Source: a virus
Direction: 5' to 3' (one strand)
Virus record (IMG/VR): IMGVR_UViG_3300015607_001859
Length of the DNA: 64,000 nt
Numbering within the stretch: position 1 is the stretch's first letter; every line of letters begins with the position of its first letter. The notes under the pieces are model-generated. The model was given only the letters and a program-made list of their open reading frames with translations, was not told the origin of the DNA and ran no database searches. The position numbers and the translations under genes were made by a program. Positions 39,564 through 47,876 of the stretch are shown one piece after another.

Positions 39564-40508
39564 ATGGGTAGCGGAGTTTCTTACTCAACCGCTCGCGCAA
39601 CGCTGCGTTCTGCGACACGCGCGGCCGCCGGAATCTCGCAGTTTGATTACAGCGCACGCCAGGCAGCCGCCGAGCCGCGCAGCCGCGCGATTCACGCGAC
39701 ACTGGACCCGAGCACGATGCGGAACGGCAAGCGGGAGTGCCGCCCGAGCGACACGCACCCGGACCCGACACCAATCCTCATCGGTTTCGACGTCACCGGC
39801 TCGATGCGCATGGTACCGCAGCTTGTCCAGGAGCAGCTCGGCTCGATCATCGACACGATGCGCTCTGTTGGTGGTGTTGCCAGCCCCCAGGTGCTCATGG
39901 CCGCATTCGAGGACGGCTACGACGGCACACCTGCAGCGGGCGGGTACGCGCTGCAGGTCGGCCAGTTCGAGCCCGGTGTCGAAATGGCGGACGATCTGAG
40001 CAACGTATGGCTCATCGGCAACGGCGGCGGTACGGGCCAGGAAAACTCGGACCTGCTGATTCACTTCGCGGCGTACCACACGGACATCTCCGCGTGCCGT
40101 CGCCGGGGCATCCTGTTCGTCATCACCGACGAGATGGCGTACACGCGGCACAGCCCCGAGCTGCTGCAGCGCACGTTCGGCCCGGAGACGCCGCTGCGTG
40201 ACCTGGACGAGGCGCTGGCGGCAGCGAAACAGCGCTACGACGTTTTCGTGCTGAGTCCGAGTGGTACGCAGCATGCCAACTCGATCAGACTGCGCCAGTT
40301 CTGGGTCCAGCGGGTTGGCAATGCCAACTTCCTTGACGAAGTGCCGGCGGAAAAGCTCGGCGTGTTGATGACCGTACTCGCAGGCCTCCGCGACGGCGGA
40401 CTCGATCGCGACGCCGCCGAGCGCGTGCTGGCCGCCAACGACATGCCGCAGTACGCTTACGCGCTGGACGGTATCGTCGCGACGCAAAGCGCTGGCGGTG
40501 CGTCGTAA
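39564..40508 (+). CDS. von Willebrand factor A (vWA) domain protein
   Basis: MIDAS DVTGSM, LQVGQFE, GNGGGTGQE, ILFVITDE. Confidence 0.85.
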   Translation: MGSGVSYSTARATLRSATRAAAGISQFDYSARQAAAEPRSRAIHATLDPSTMRNGKRECRPSDTHPDPTPILIGFDVTGSMRMVPQLVQEQLGSIIDTMRSVGGVASPQVLMAAFEDGYDGTPAAGGYALQVGQFEPGVEMADDLSNVWLIGNGGGTGQENSDLLIHFAAYHTDISACRRRGILFVITDEMAYTRHSPELLQRTFGPETPLRDLDEALAAAKQRYDVFVLSPSGTQHANSIRLRQFWVQRVGNANFLDEVPAEKLGVLMTVLAGLRDGGLDRDAAERVLAANDMPQYAYALDGIVATQSAGGAS

Positions 40509-41716
40509 TGCCGCGCACGATCGCCGTCGTCGGCATGTTGTTCGGCGACGAAGGTAAGGGAGCCACGGTAAGCGCGCTCTGCGCGCGCTTACCTGGCCGC
40601 AAACTGGTTGTGCGCGCGTCCGGCGGTCCGCAGGCGGCGCACAACATCCTAGTCCCGCAGAGCGGCGACCAGGTACACACATGCTCACAGATCGGCTCTG
40701 GTGTATTCCATGGCGCCGACACGTTTATCGCCGGCGAGACCGTACTCGATATCGACGCGCTGCAGCTTGAGTCAACGACCGTCGTACGTGCGGCTTGTCG
40801 TAGCGCGCAGCGCCTGCAGCTGGGTCGCGTCTTTGTCCATCCGCGTACGCCCGTGCTGGACAGTCGTGACGCGTCGTACTCGTGGAGTGAGGCTCGCCGG
40901 TCGGGGCACGGCAGCTGTGGTCGCGGAACCGGCGTGTGTTTCCAGCGCGCCCGCGATCCACACCACATTCACCGCGTCGCCGATGACGCAGAGCGGCGCA
41001 TCTCAGCAACAGGTCCCGACTCGGTACTGACTGTCGTAGGCACGCCCCGGCTGAGTGACTACGACTACATCATCTCCGAGTGCGGACAGGGCACACTGCT
41101 GGACCGCGAGTTCGGGTTCGCGCCGTATGCGTCGTGGACGAGCCAGCGTGCTTTCGACGTATTCTGCGCCATGTACGGATTGCCGCAACCGTTCCGCGTG
41201 GGCGTCATTCGCGCGTACGCCACGCGCCACGGCTTCGGTCCGCTACTGTACCAGTACGACAATCCGCCGGCGGCGTTTGTTGATCCCAACAACGCTGAGG
41301 ACCTGCCGGAAATTCGCGGTCCGATGCGATATGCGCCGCACAGCGTCGCGATGCTCAAGTACTCGCAGCGGTGCTACCCGGTCGATGCGTTGGTGGTAAA
41401 CCACGTCGACTGCGCCGACGAGTTCGAATACGTGGTTGAGGAGCCGTCTCCGGCGTGGGATCGCTTCACGCTGCAGGCTGATATGGCGCTGACAACGGAC
41501 TGCGAGTATGCGCGCTGGGACGAGCTGCAGCGCCTCGCCGAACGCCTAGCGGCGGTGCCGCAATCTGTGACTGACAGCCAGCGCCACTTCCACTTGCATA
41601 TCGGATATCCGCAGCTGCTGGGGTCGTTCATGGGTATACCAGCGTCGCGTTGCGACGGCGGGTCCGGACCAGCCGACGATACGCGCGTGGACAACATCCT
41701 GCGGTACGTCACCTAG
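40508..41716 (+). CDS. purA: adenylosuccinate synthetase-like protein (divergent PurA family)
   Basis: FGDEGKG, GGPQAAHN, HGSCGRG, ECGQGTLLD, RAYATRHGFGP, NHVD; TAATG overlap with the vWA gene. Confidence 0.8.
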   Translation: MPRTIAVVGMLFGDEGKGATVSALCARLPGRKLVVRASGGPQAAHNILVPQSGDQVHTCSQIGSGVFHGADTFIAGETVLDIDALQLESTTVVRAACRSAQRLQLGRVFVHPRTPVLDSRDASYSWSEARRSGHGSCGRGTGVCFQRARDPHHIHRVADDAERRISATGPDSVLTVVGTPRLSDYDYIISECGQGTLLDREFGFAPYASWTSQRAFDVFCAMYGLPQPFRVGVIRAYATRHGFGPLLYQYDNPPAAFVDPNNAEDLPEIRGPMRYAPHSVAMLKYSQRCYPVDALVVNHVDCADEFEYVVEEPSPAWDRFTLQADMALTTDCEYARWDELQRLAERLAAVPQSVTDSQRHFHLHIGYPQLLGSFMGIPASRCDGGSGPADDTRVDNILRYVT

Positions 41717-41723
41717 CAACCAC

Positions 41724-41750
41724 GGGTTCAGCAGCGCAGCTGCTGAAACC
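41724..41750. terminator. hairpin between convergent purA-like and terminase genes (putative bidirectional terminator)
   Basis: TTCAGCAG-cgcag-CTGCTGAA 8-bp perfect stem in the 33-nt gap; no strong U-tract. Confidence 0.45.
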
Positions 41751-43594
41751 TAAAAGAAGTCGACATCCGAGCTCCCGTCGTCCCACGGATGGGCTTCGGG
41801 AGGCGGTTCTGTCAGTCGGATGATTTCCTCGTTCGCCAGATCCAAGCCGGCAGCGTCGGCCAAGTGCGGATACGCGTCGAACAGGTGCCAGATGGCCGCA
41901 CAACCGATGTTCGTCGCTTGAGCAAAGTCGTCCGACCCTGTCGCGTCGGACAGCACGCGGTAGTACGAGCCGCCCACCTCGATAGCCGAGCGCACCTCGG
42001 TTAGGCGCAGGAACTCCGTGAGCAGTCCCTCGTTGTCGGTGTCCTTGTAGTCCCACGAGAAGAATCGAACGCGCCCCAGTCGAATAGCGGCTACTGTCAT
42101 CAACAGGCTGCGCGTCTTGTCCAGCCGGAAACGTGTGCGCGTGTGCTGATCAGTTGGCGGTACCGGAACGACCAGGTTCTGCGATGCCGACCTGACGTAC
42201 GACATCGGCATGACGCGGTGTGCCGGGATCCCAGCCTGGATCAGCATGGTTTCTCGCAACGCGCCCGCTCCGCCGTAGTCGTGGACCAGGTAGTCGCACC
42301 GGAAGTGCCGAAACCAGCGCAGCGCGTCGGCAGCCTCTACAAGGTGGTCGATGCCGTACGAGCGGCAGCCCCACAGCACATCGATCCGGCCGTCTGGTGT
42401 GTATGCCAGCAGCGAGAACGCTGTGTAGCTGAACCCGGTCTCGCCGCCGCCACCCCAGTCGATCGCCAGGACGCGCGCCGTCGCCGCGGCTGCGCGCTCC
42501 ATCACCTCTTTCGCTGGCTCGCGCGGGTTGTTGACGATGCCGAGCGTGCAGGCCGCCTGCAGCTCGGCCGGTGTAATCAGCCGCTGTCCGGCGTCGTACG
42601 GTTCGCCCAGCACCTCGTTGGCAAACACCGCGGCCCCGCGCTCGCGTTTGCCGAGTAGCGTCGCCCACTTCTTGGGCGACGAGTAGTGCAGCGGGATGAT
42701 CGGCTGCGGGATGTGGTAACCGGCGAAGTCCCAACGCCGCTCCGGGTATCGGTGTACCCAGCGGCCCGTGCGCGGCCGCAGTGGCCGTCGGCACTTGTAG
42801 CACACGATCGCGGCCAGCTCCTCGCTGATGTTCATATGCAGCGGACCGAGCATCCGCTCGATGTGGTACTCAAGGCTGGGGATGTTGTACGTCCTATTCC
42901 CCATGGTCGTGCAGTGATCGCACGGGATCCAGTACTCCGCTTGACTCGACCGTTGCCACGCCACGGCCAGCGCTGTCGTGGTTGTTTTTGACGTACCGGA
43001 GTACTGCTCCAGCGCGTACTCTTTGTCGGCCGACAGCGTTTCGAGAATGATGGGGATATGGTCCTTGTCCATATCCTGCAGCTCGTCGAACGCCACGCGG
43101 TGCGCGCTGATACCGCGAGTACGGTCCGCGTCCAACCCTGCGAAGCTGAACAGCATGCGCGCGCCGTTCGTGAATGTGCGCTGCAGCACGGAGTCTTCTG
43201 TCGTGGTAGACTGCCACAGGTGGCGTAGCGGCGACTCTCGGATGAACGGGCGAATGTTCATCGTCGAGAACCGGCGCACCTGCTCGAACTGCGGTGTCAC
43301 GAACAATGAGTAAAAGTGCGGGCGCGCGGCGGCCATTACGCAACCGTCGGCTGCGAACGTTGTTGTTTTTCCGACCTGACGTCCGCACATGAATACGATG
43401 CGCTGAGGCTTCCTGGCCCGGAACATCGGCTCGAAGTGAAAGTGATGGTCGAGCGTGAACGGCTGCCCGCGCAGCCGTAACAGCAGTGGGAGGAGGGGCT
43501 CAAACGTCGGCAGCTCGTTCTTCTTCGCCATCTCGTAGACGGCCGACAGCACCCGAGTCGGAGAGACAGCCTCTTCGATTCCACTTGAGGACAC
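41750..43594 (-). CDS. terL: terminase large subunit (GpA-like, with zinc ribbon)
   Basis: GRQVGKT Walker A, RGISA...FDELQD Walker B, SGTSKT, CxxC...CxxC, ANEVLGEP, nuclease AIDWGGG, DDFAQA; GAGGAG RBS before GTG 43594. Confidence 0.9.
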   Translation of the reverse strand: MSSSGIEEAVSPTRVLSAVYEMAKKNELPTFEPLLPLLLRLRGQPFTLDHHFHFEPMFRARKPQRIVFMCGRQVGKTTTFAADGCVMAAARPHFYSLFVTPQFEQVRRFSTMNIRPFIRESPLRHLWQSTTTEDSVLQRTFTNGARMLFSFAGLDADRTRGISAHRVAFDELQDMDKDHIPIILETLSADKEYALEQYSGTSKTTTTALAVAWQRSSQAEYWIPCDHCTTMGNRTYNIPSLEYHIERMLGPLHMNISEELAAIVCYKCRRPLRPRTGRWVHRYPERRWDFAGYHIPQPIIPLHYSSPKKWATLLGKRERGAAVFANEVLGEPYDAGQRLITPAELQAACTLGIVNNPREPAKEVMERAAAATARVLAIDWGGGGETGFSYTAFSLLAYTPDGRIDVLWGCRSYGIDHLVEAADALRWFRHFRCDYLVHDYGGAGALRETMLIQAGIPAHRVMPMSYVRSASQNLVVPVPPTDQHTRTRFRLDKTRSLLMTVAAIRLGRVRFFSWDYKDTDNEGLLTEFLRLTEVRSAIEVGGSYYRVLSDATGSDDFAQATNIGCAAIWHLFDAYPHLADAAGLDLANEEIIRLTEPPPEAHPWDDGSSDVDFF

Positions 43595-43785
43595 GACGAT
43601 GCTCTCCTCGGCAAAACTCTGTGATTGGATCGCAGCCCCGCTCGTATGGTACGTAGCGGTCTGTTTGGAGCTGTGTACAATCGCAGCGTCGGCAACGCGG
43701 CGGCAGCAAGCCCTTGAGGGGGACCTTGCGCGTCGGCTGGTACCGCGCTGATCGCTTTGATTACGCTGTCAACACGTTGTCTGCG

Positions 43786-43816
43786 GCGTACGGCACCCCG
43801 ACGGGGTGCCGTACGC
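43786..43816. repeat. perfect 15-bp inverted repeat with a 1-nt spacer
   Basis: GCGTACGGCACCCCG-A-CGGGGTGCCGTACGC in the divergent intergenic region upstream of terL. Confidence 0.9.
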
Positions 43817-43854
43817 AGTGTTTTCGAGCCTAGTGCGGGAGTCGTATCGTGCCA

Positions 43855-44055
43855 ATGCCAACGTCAGGACGGTGGCTCTTGGAGCGCCTTGGCCTAGCGA
43901 CGCCGGTGCGCGGGCCTGTTCCGCGCATGGCTTGCGATAACAAAGCATTCCACTATCCGCTACCACCGTATCAGGTGGTACCGGCGGCGCTACGTCCCGC
44001 TGTGACTGACGCCGCCGGAGATTACGCGCCCACCGTCGTGGAGTCGGCGTCGTAG
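43855..44055 (+). CDS. small hypothetical protein
   Basis: ATG 43855 with GGGAG upstream; 66 aa; no motif recognised. Confidence 0.3.
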   Translation: MPTSGRWLLERLGLATPVRGPVPRMACDNKAFHYPLPPYQVVPAALRPAVTDAAGDYAPTVVESAS

Positions 44056-44080
44056 GTAAGTTCTTTTGATCGGGCTAACA

Positions 44081-44467
44081 ATGAGCGCATCCGATCGCCC
44101 ACTGCCACGCGGCGGCTGGGCTGTAGCCGACATGCTGGCCCTGTTCGTGGCCTTCTGTCTTTTCTTCCCGACACCGCTGTGTGTACTCCCGCTTGCGTTC
44201 TGGGCCGCCCGGCGCGCGCTTCACAAGAGGAATTCCGATGCAGACGATACGACTCCCGGGGGCGGAAACCTGGTTCTTCTGTCTCGTGGCGGCACTGACG
44301 CTGAGCGGCCTGTACTTCAGGGGCAACCTGCTGGGACTGCGCGCCTGGGGGGAGTCAGCGCAACTACTCCCGGGCTGGCGCGGGCTGCTCGGCAAGCTCT
44401 GCGCGTGTCGACTGTGCGTGACGACATGGGCGGGCGGTGCGACTGCGCTGCTGCTGACCAGGGATAA
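44081..44467 (+). CDS. small membrane protein (C-terminus reads into the next gene)
   Basis: Hydrophobic MLALFVAFCLFFPTPLCVLPLAFW segment. Confidence 0.35.
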   Translation: MSASDRPLPRGGWAVADMLALFVAFCLFFPTPLCVLPLAFWAARRALHKRNSDADDTTPGGGNLVLLSRGGTDAERPVLQGQPAGTARLGGVSATTPGLARAARQALRVSTVRDDMGGRCDCAAADQG

Positions 44468-44594
44468 TGACGTCCAGAGCGCCTTCGTGGCGCTCTTGTT
44501 CGGATTCACGGCCGGGTACGCCGGGTTCTGTTTTGGGCAGGCCGTGCGCGACGCGCGCACACCCGCCGACAACCAGACGGAAAATCGCGCATGA
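44238..44594 (+). CDS. membrane protein, DUF1360-like
   Basis: Three hydrophobic segments with LGKLCACRLCVTTW (L..C..C...W); GAGGA RBS. Confidence 0.55.
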   Translation: MQTIRLPGAETWFFCLVAALTLSGLYFRGNLLGLRAWGESAQLLPGWRGLLGKLCACRLCVTTWAGGATALLLTRDNDVQSAFVALLFGFTAGYAGFCFGQAVRDARTPADNQTENRA

Positions 44595-45034
44595 AAGAGT
44601 TTCTGGTGGCCGCCGTAGTCGCCGCGGAAGTCGGCGACGACGCCAGCGAAGAGCAGATGCGCGTGGCGATAACCACGGCGCTCGGCGGCGCTGCGACGCC
44701 GCTCACAAGCCTACCGATGCTGCCAGCCGATACCGTTGCGTGCCACGAGCGCGCCGCGCCGATTCTGCAGTTTTGCCTGCAACTCGCGTTGCAGCTGGTG
44801 CCGGAGCTGGCGGGCGCGGTCGCGCTGCCATTCTGGCGCCTGCGTAGTCCGGATCTGCCCGCCGAGGTGGCGGTTGTCGATCCCACGATGCACGCCGACG
44901 CCATGCGCCTGGTGTTCCTGCACGCGCTGCTGGCGGCCGCGGATCGCCACGTGGACGAGACGATCAACACCGTCACCGAGCTGCGCAGGCGGCTCGACGC
45001 CTTGGCGGCTTCTACGAGTAAGGGCGCCACGTGA
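44591..45034 (+). CDS. hypothetical protein
   Basis: ATGA and GTGA overlaps on the two sides. Confidence 0.55.
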   Translation: MKEFLVAAVVAAEVGDDASEEQMRVAITTALGGAATPLTSLPMLPADTVACHERAAPILQFCLQLALQLVPELAGAVALPFWRLRSPDLPAEVAVVDPTMHADAMRLVFLHALLAAADRHVDETINTVTELRRRLDALAASTSKGAT

Positions 45035-45696
45035 GCTCGCTCGACGACGTGCCGTTCGCTGCACAAGACGCCAGCGCCAGCCCCGATAGTGCCGAGCGCC
45101 CGCGCATGTCGCTAGGCGAGTCCGAGTTCTCGAACGCCAGCCTGCGGCGCCTGTCGCACGAGTGGCAGCTCCCCGACTGGGACGTGCTGTTGGTTGGCGA
45201 TGGTAGCGGCTCCGGGGCGTGGCATCAGGAATTGGGGATCGGGTGGGCCAGCGTAGCCGTCGACAGCGGCGGCGAGCGCGCGGTGCAGGTCGGCGCGCTC
45301 CGCGATGGAAACGTGAGCTTGGCCGAACTGAGCGCCGCCGCACACGGCCTGTGGCACTACCACAACACGGTAGCGTCACGGCGCCAGAAGCTGGCGCGCG
45401 CACTGCGTGTCGTCGTCCTCTGCGACAACGCCCAGATCGTCACGGAGGGCAATTCAACGCGCGGTGCCGACTGGCAGCTGTCGCGCCCTGACGGCCCGCA
45501 ATGGGCCTTCTTCAACGCCGTACTTGCGCGCGGTTACGTGGCCACGTGGCGCCAGATCCCGCGTATCAGCCTCAACCTAAACTGGGCCGTCGACCAGATG
45601 GCCGGACAGGCGCGCAAAGCGCTGCAGGACCCGGCCATTGTCGCGCTGCGGCGCAATCGCGAAGACATCGCGTTGGGCAGCTTGAATCCTTTGTAA
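45031..45696 (+). CDS. ribonuclease HI-like protein
   Basis: VGDGS, AEL, VLCDN, N..VD.MA acidic catalytic pattern (D-E-D-D). Confidence 0.75.
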   Translation: MSSLDDVPFAAQDASASPDSAERPRMSLGESEFSNASLRRLSHEWQLPDWDVLLVGDGSGSGAWHQELGIGWASVAVDSGGERAVQVGALRDGNVSLAELSAAAHGLWHYHNTVASRRQKLARALRVVVLCDNAQIVTEGNSTRGADWQLSRPDGPQWAFFNAVLARGYVATWRQIPRISLNLNWAVDQMAGQARKALQDPAIVALRRNREDIALGSLNPL

Positions 45697-45717
45697 GCCC
45701 CCACCCACGGCGCGCCA

Positions 45718-45811
45718 GTCGCGCAGAACAGCTGCGCGAACATCGGCTTGTTTCTCGTGCGCGCGCGTAGCAGCGTCGTGCAGAACAGCTGCACACGAAC
45801 GGCATCGGCTT
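45718..45811 (+). repeat. two direct-repeat hairpins with an identical AACAG loop
   Basis: GCGCAG-aacag-CTGCGC and GTGCAG-aacag-CTGCAC, each followed by GAAC and CATCGGCTT. Confidence 0.7.
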
Positions 45812-45830
45812 TTGATCGGAGTGGGTACGT

Positions 45831-46254
45831 ATGACTATTGCCGAAGAAACCAGCGCGCAGGGCGGCTGCACGAACGCGTGTTTTGGCGACATACAGCCCC
45901 AGTGCGACGCGTACGCGGGGCGGGTGTGTTACTTCCACGAGCTCGCCGACAACGATTACTTCGTCTGGTTCGATCCGGATCTCCGGCGCGTGCGCTGGCC
46001 GGCGGCCACGCGCCGCGCCGTGCCGCGCACGCGAAGTCCCGCACCAGGAGCGCGCGCAGCTTCGCGATCGCCGCGTGCTGCGCGTCGACGAGCGGCGCGT
46101 GGCCGCCGCCTACGCCGCTGCCGTGGCGATGCTGACGGTACCCGACGCCGCTGTTGCCCAGGCGGCGTCGGCGCTGGCGCGCGCGGTCTCTGTGTCACAC
46201 CTGCAACTGTTGCTGACAACAATCGCCGAGCAGTGCGGCGCGAACGCGGTATAG
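45831..46254 (+). pseudogene. hypothetical gene split by a +1 frameshift near 46010-46030
   Basis: Protein-like sequence runs in the 45831 frame to about WPAAT, then continues in the 45838 frame (REVPHQERAQL...GANAV*). Confidence 0.5.
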
Positions 46255-46760
46255 CGCCAGCCAAACGCACAAAAACGGCCCGCCGCGGCGTTCCTCGCAC
46301 CTCGGACGATATTCCGGTCGTCTTGGCCGCCGGACGCCGCTACGGCGCAAAAACGCAATAACCGCGCACAGGCCGCCGGCGCGCCGCTTCCGTACCGCGA
46401 CGCAACCGCGGCACATCCGCTACGTAGAAAACCAAGTCAGCAGTGGGCATCTTCAACGATCGATTCAAAAATCGTCGAAGACACCCCATGATTAGTTTTT
46501 TACGTAGTAAAAACTAAGAGGAATGCGCATGTCGAAGGGTTGCTACCAGGTACGACACCTCGACGTAACGCATTACGCCGTATCTCGATGCGAAGGAATT
46601 ATCCAGATCGTTAGCGGGCTAATGATTACCTGTACAGCGTACATAGTCGCAATTTTGAAAAACGCACACAGGTAGTCGACAAGCGCGCGGACGGTTGACA
46701 GATCACGAAATTTGTTTAAGCTGCTGCCAACGGCAGCCGCTTACCGGTGAGCAGCAGTCG
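46255..46760. other. largest non-coding region: AT-enriched and multi-hairpin; candidate replication origin or structured RNA
   Basis: Inverted repeats at 46420-46507, 46492-46517 and 46522-46574; recurring AAAAACG; no ORF across 46417-46694. Confidence 0.55.
46695..46722 (+). promoter_or_regulatory. host sigma70-type promoter for the replication operon
   Basis: TTGACA (46695-46700), 16-nt spacer, TAAGCT (46717-46722), 38 nt upstream of ATG 46761. Confidence 0.55.
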
Positions 46761-47876
46761 ATGGGCAAAAAGTCACTCGGACAGTCGAAGTTCAAGCGTA
46801 ACCGGCTGTACAGCGAGAGTTCGTTGGTTCGGCCCGAAGACATTGTCACGAACCTGATTCCGTCGAAGCCGCGCGTGTCGCGCGCAGTTCGGATTCTGTC
46901 GATGGACGAGGTCGACGCGTTTCTCGCGGAGCGCGCGCGGCCGCGTCGTTGTTGGCGCCAACAAACGCCCCCGCCGGCACATCGCCCGATTCGCATGCCT
47001 GACGGCACGGCGATCGATGTCGATGGCCTCGAGGACAGGCACCCGCCGGACAACGACGGCAGCAAACTGCGGCGCCCTCGGTTTGCCGATCGCGACCTGT
47101 ACTTTGAGCTGCTCTGGCGCGACGTCGATATGCTCACGCCGGGGTTGTATCAGCGTGTGCAGCGCGCAGCTGTTGGTTTCCCACGGTGGATCGAGCTGGG
47201 GCGGGCAGTTGCTGTATTGCGCGGCAGAGCCATGCGTCGGTTGCGCGACTACGCGGTGCAGTGGGATAAGGAGCTCGAGGCAGCCGCGCTGCGTGGCGAG
47301 GACATTACCGAGCTCCTGAACGAGTTCACGGGTGCGGGTCGATGGGGCAACGAGCGGCGCAGAAAGTGCCCGTCTCCGCTGTTCAGACGTAAGACCGCCC
47401 GACGGGTATGCGACTTCGACCAGTGGTGTCCGTACTGTCACATTCGAACCGCGGTCCGGATCTACCGGGCGCTCAAATACACGCCGATCACGATTTCGAC
47501 CAGATCGATAAAGGTCCTAACTGCGGATCAGTACAAGGCTGCGCGGCGGGAGCTGCGCGATGTACGGCGCGCCCACTGGCAATTTCGCGGGCAGCCGCCC
47601 GACCTGATCGAGTGGGTGCGGTGGTGGCCGCTGCCGCAAGCCCGCAGTGACCTCGGTCGCGTCTATGACCAGCTGGACATTGTGACTCTCCGCCTCGGCG
47701 GTACCCCCCTCTGCGCGCAGAGGGGGGCATTCGTCAACGCTTTTAGTTATCCGCTGGGGTGGCTGACGGTCGAAGATCCGCGACGGGTCGCGTACATTCT
47801 CAAGCACACAAAGGGCCAAAGGCTTTTCAGGGTGTCAGGTTTCTTTCGGGAGCTTCTCTATGAATCACGACGTTAG
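46761..47876 (+). CDS. zinc-binding protein resembling a degenerate Rep_1 (pC194/pUB110-type) rolling-circle initiator
   Basis: C...CDFDQWCPYCHIR, YDQLDIV, AFSYP and KHTKGQRLFRVSGFFR align by eye with Rep_1 motifs. Confidence 0.45.
   Translation: MGKKSLGQSKFKRNRLYSESSLVRPEDIVTNLIPSKPRVSRAVRILSMDEVDAFLAERARPRRCWRQQTPPPAHRPIRMPDGTAIDVDGLEDRHPPDNDGSKLRRPRFADRDLYFELLWRDVDMLTPGLYQRVQRAAVGFPRWIELGRAVAVLRGRAMRRLRDYAVQWDKELEAAALRGEDITELLNEFTGAGRWGNERRRKCPSPLFRRKTARRVCDFDQWCPYCHIRTAVRIYRALKYTPITISTRSIKVLTADQYKAARRELRDVRRAHWQFRGQPPDLIEWVRWWPLPQARSDLGRVYDQLDIVTLRLGGTPLCAQRGAFVNAFSYPLGWLTVEDPRRVAYILKHTKGQRLFRVSGFFRELLYESRR

Noticed and set aside
40508..41716. PurZ / 2-aminoadenine (Z) genome pathway
   Set aside because: The P-loop is GDEGKG with the PurA Asp, not the PurZ GSTGKG; no DatZ or MazZ genes are adjacent.
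44081..44594. Holin/spanin lysis cassette
   Set aside because: Overlapping membrane ORFs are suggestive, but no endolysin or lipobox was seen nearby.
45696..46760. CRISPR or TIGR array, or retron msr-msd
   Set aside because: Only two hairpin repeats, no regular repeat-spacer periodicity, and no cas or RT gene in the window.
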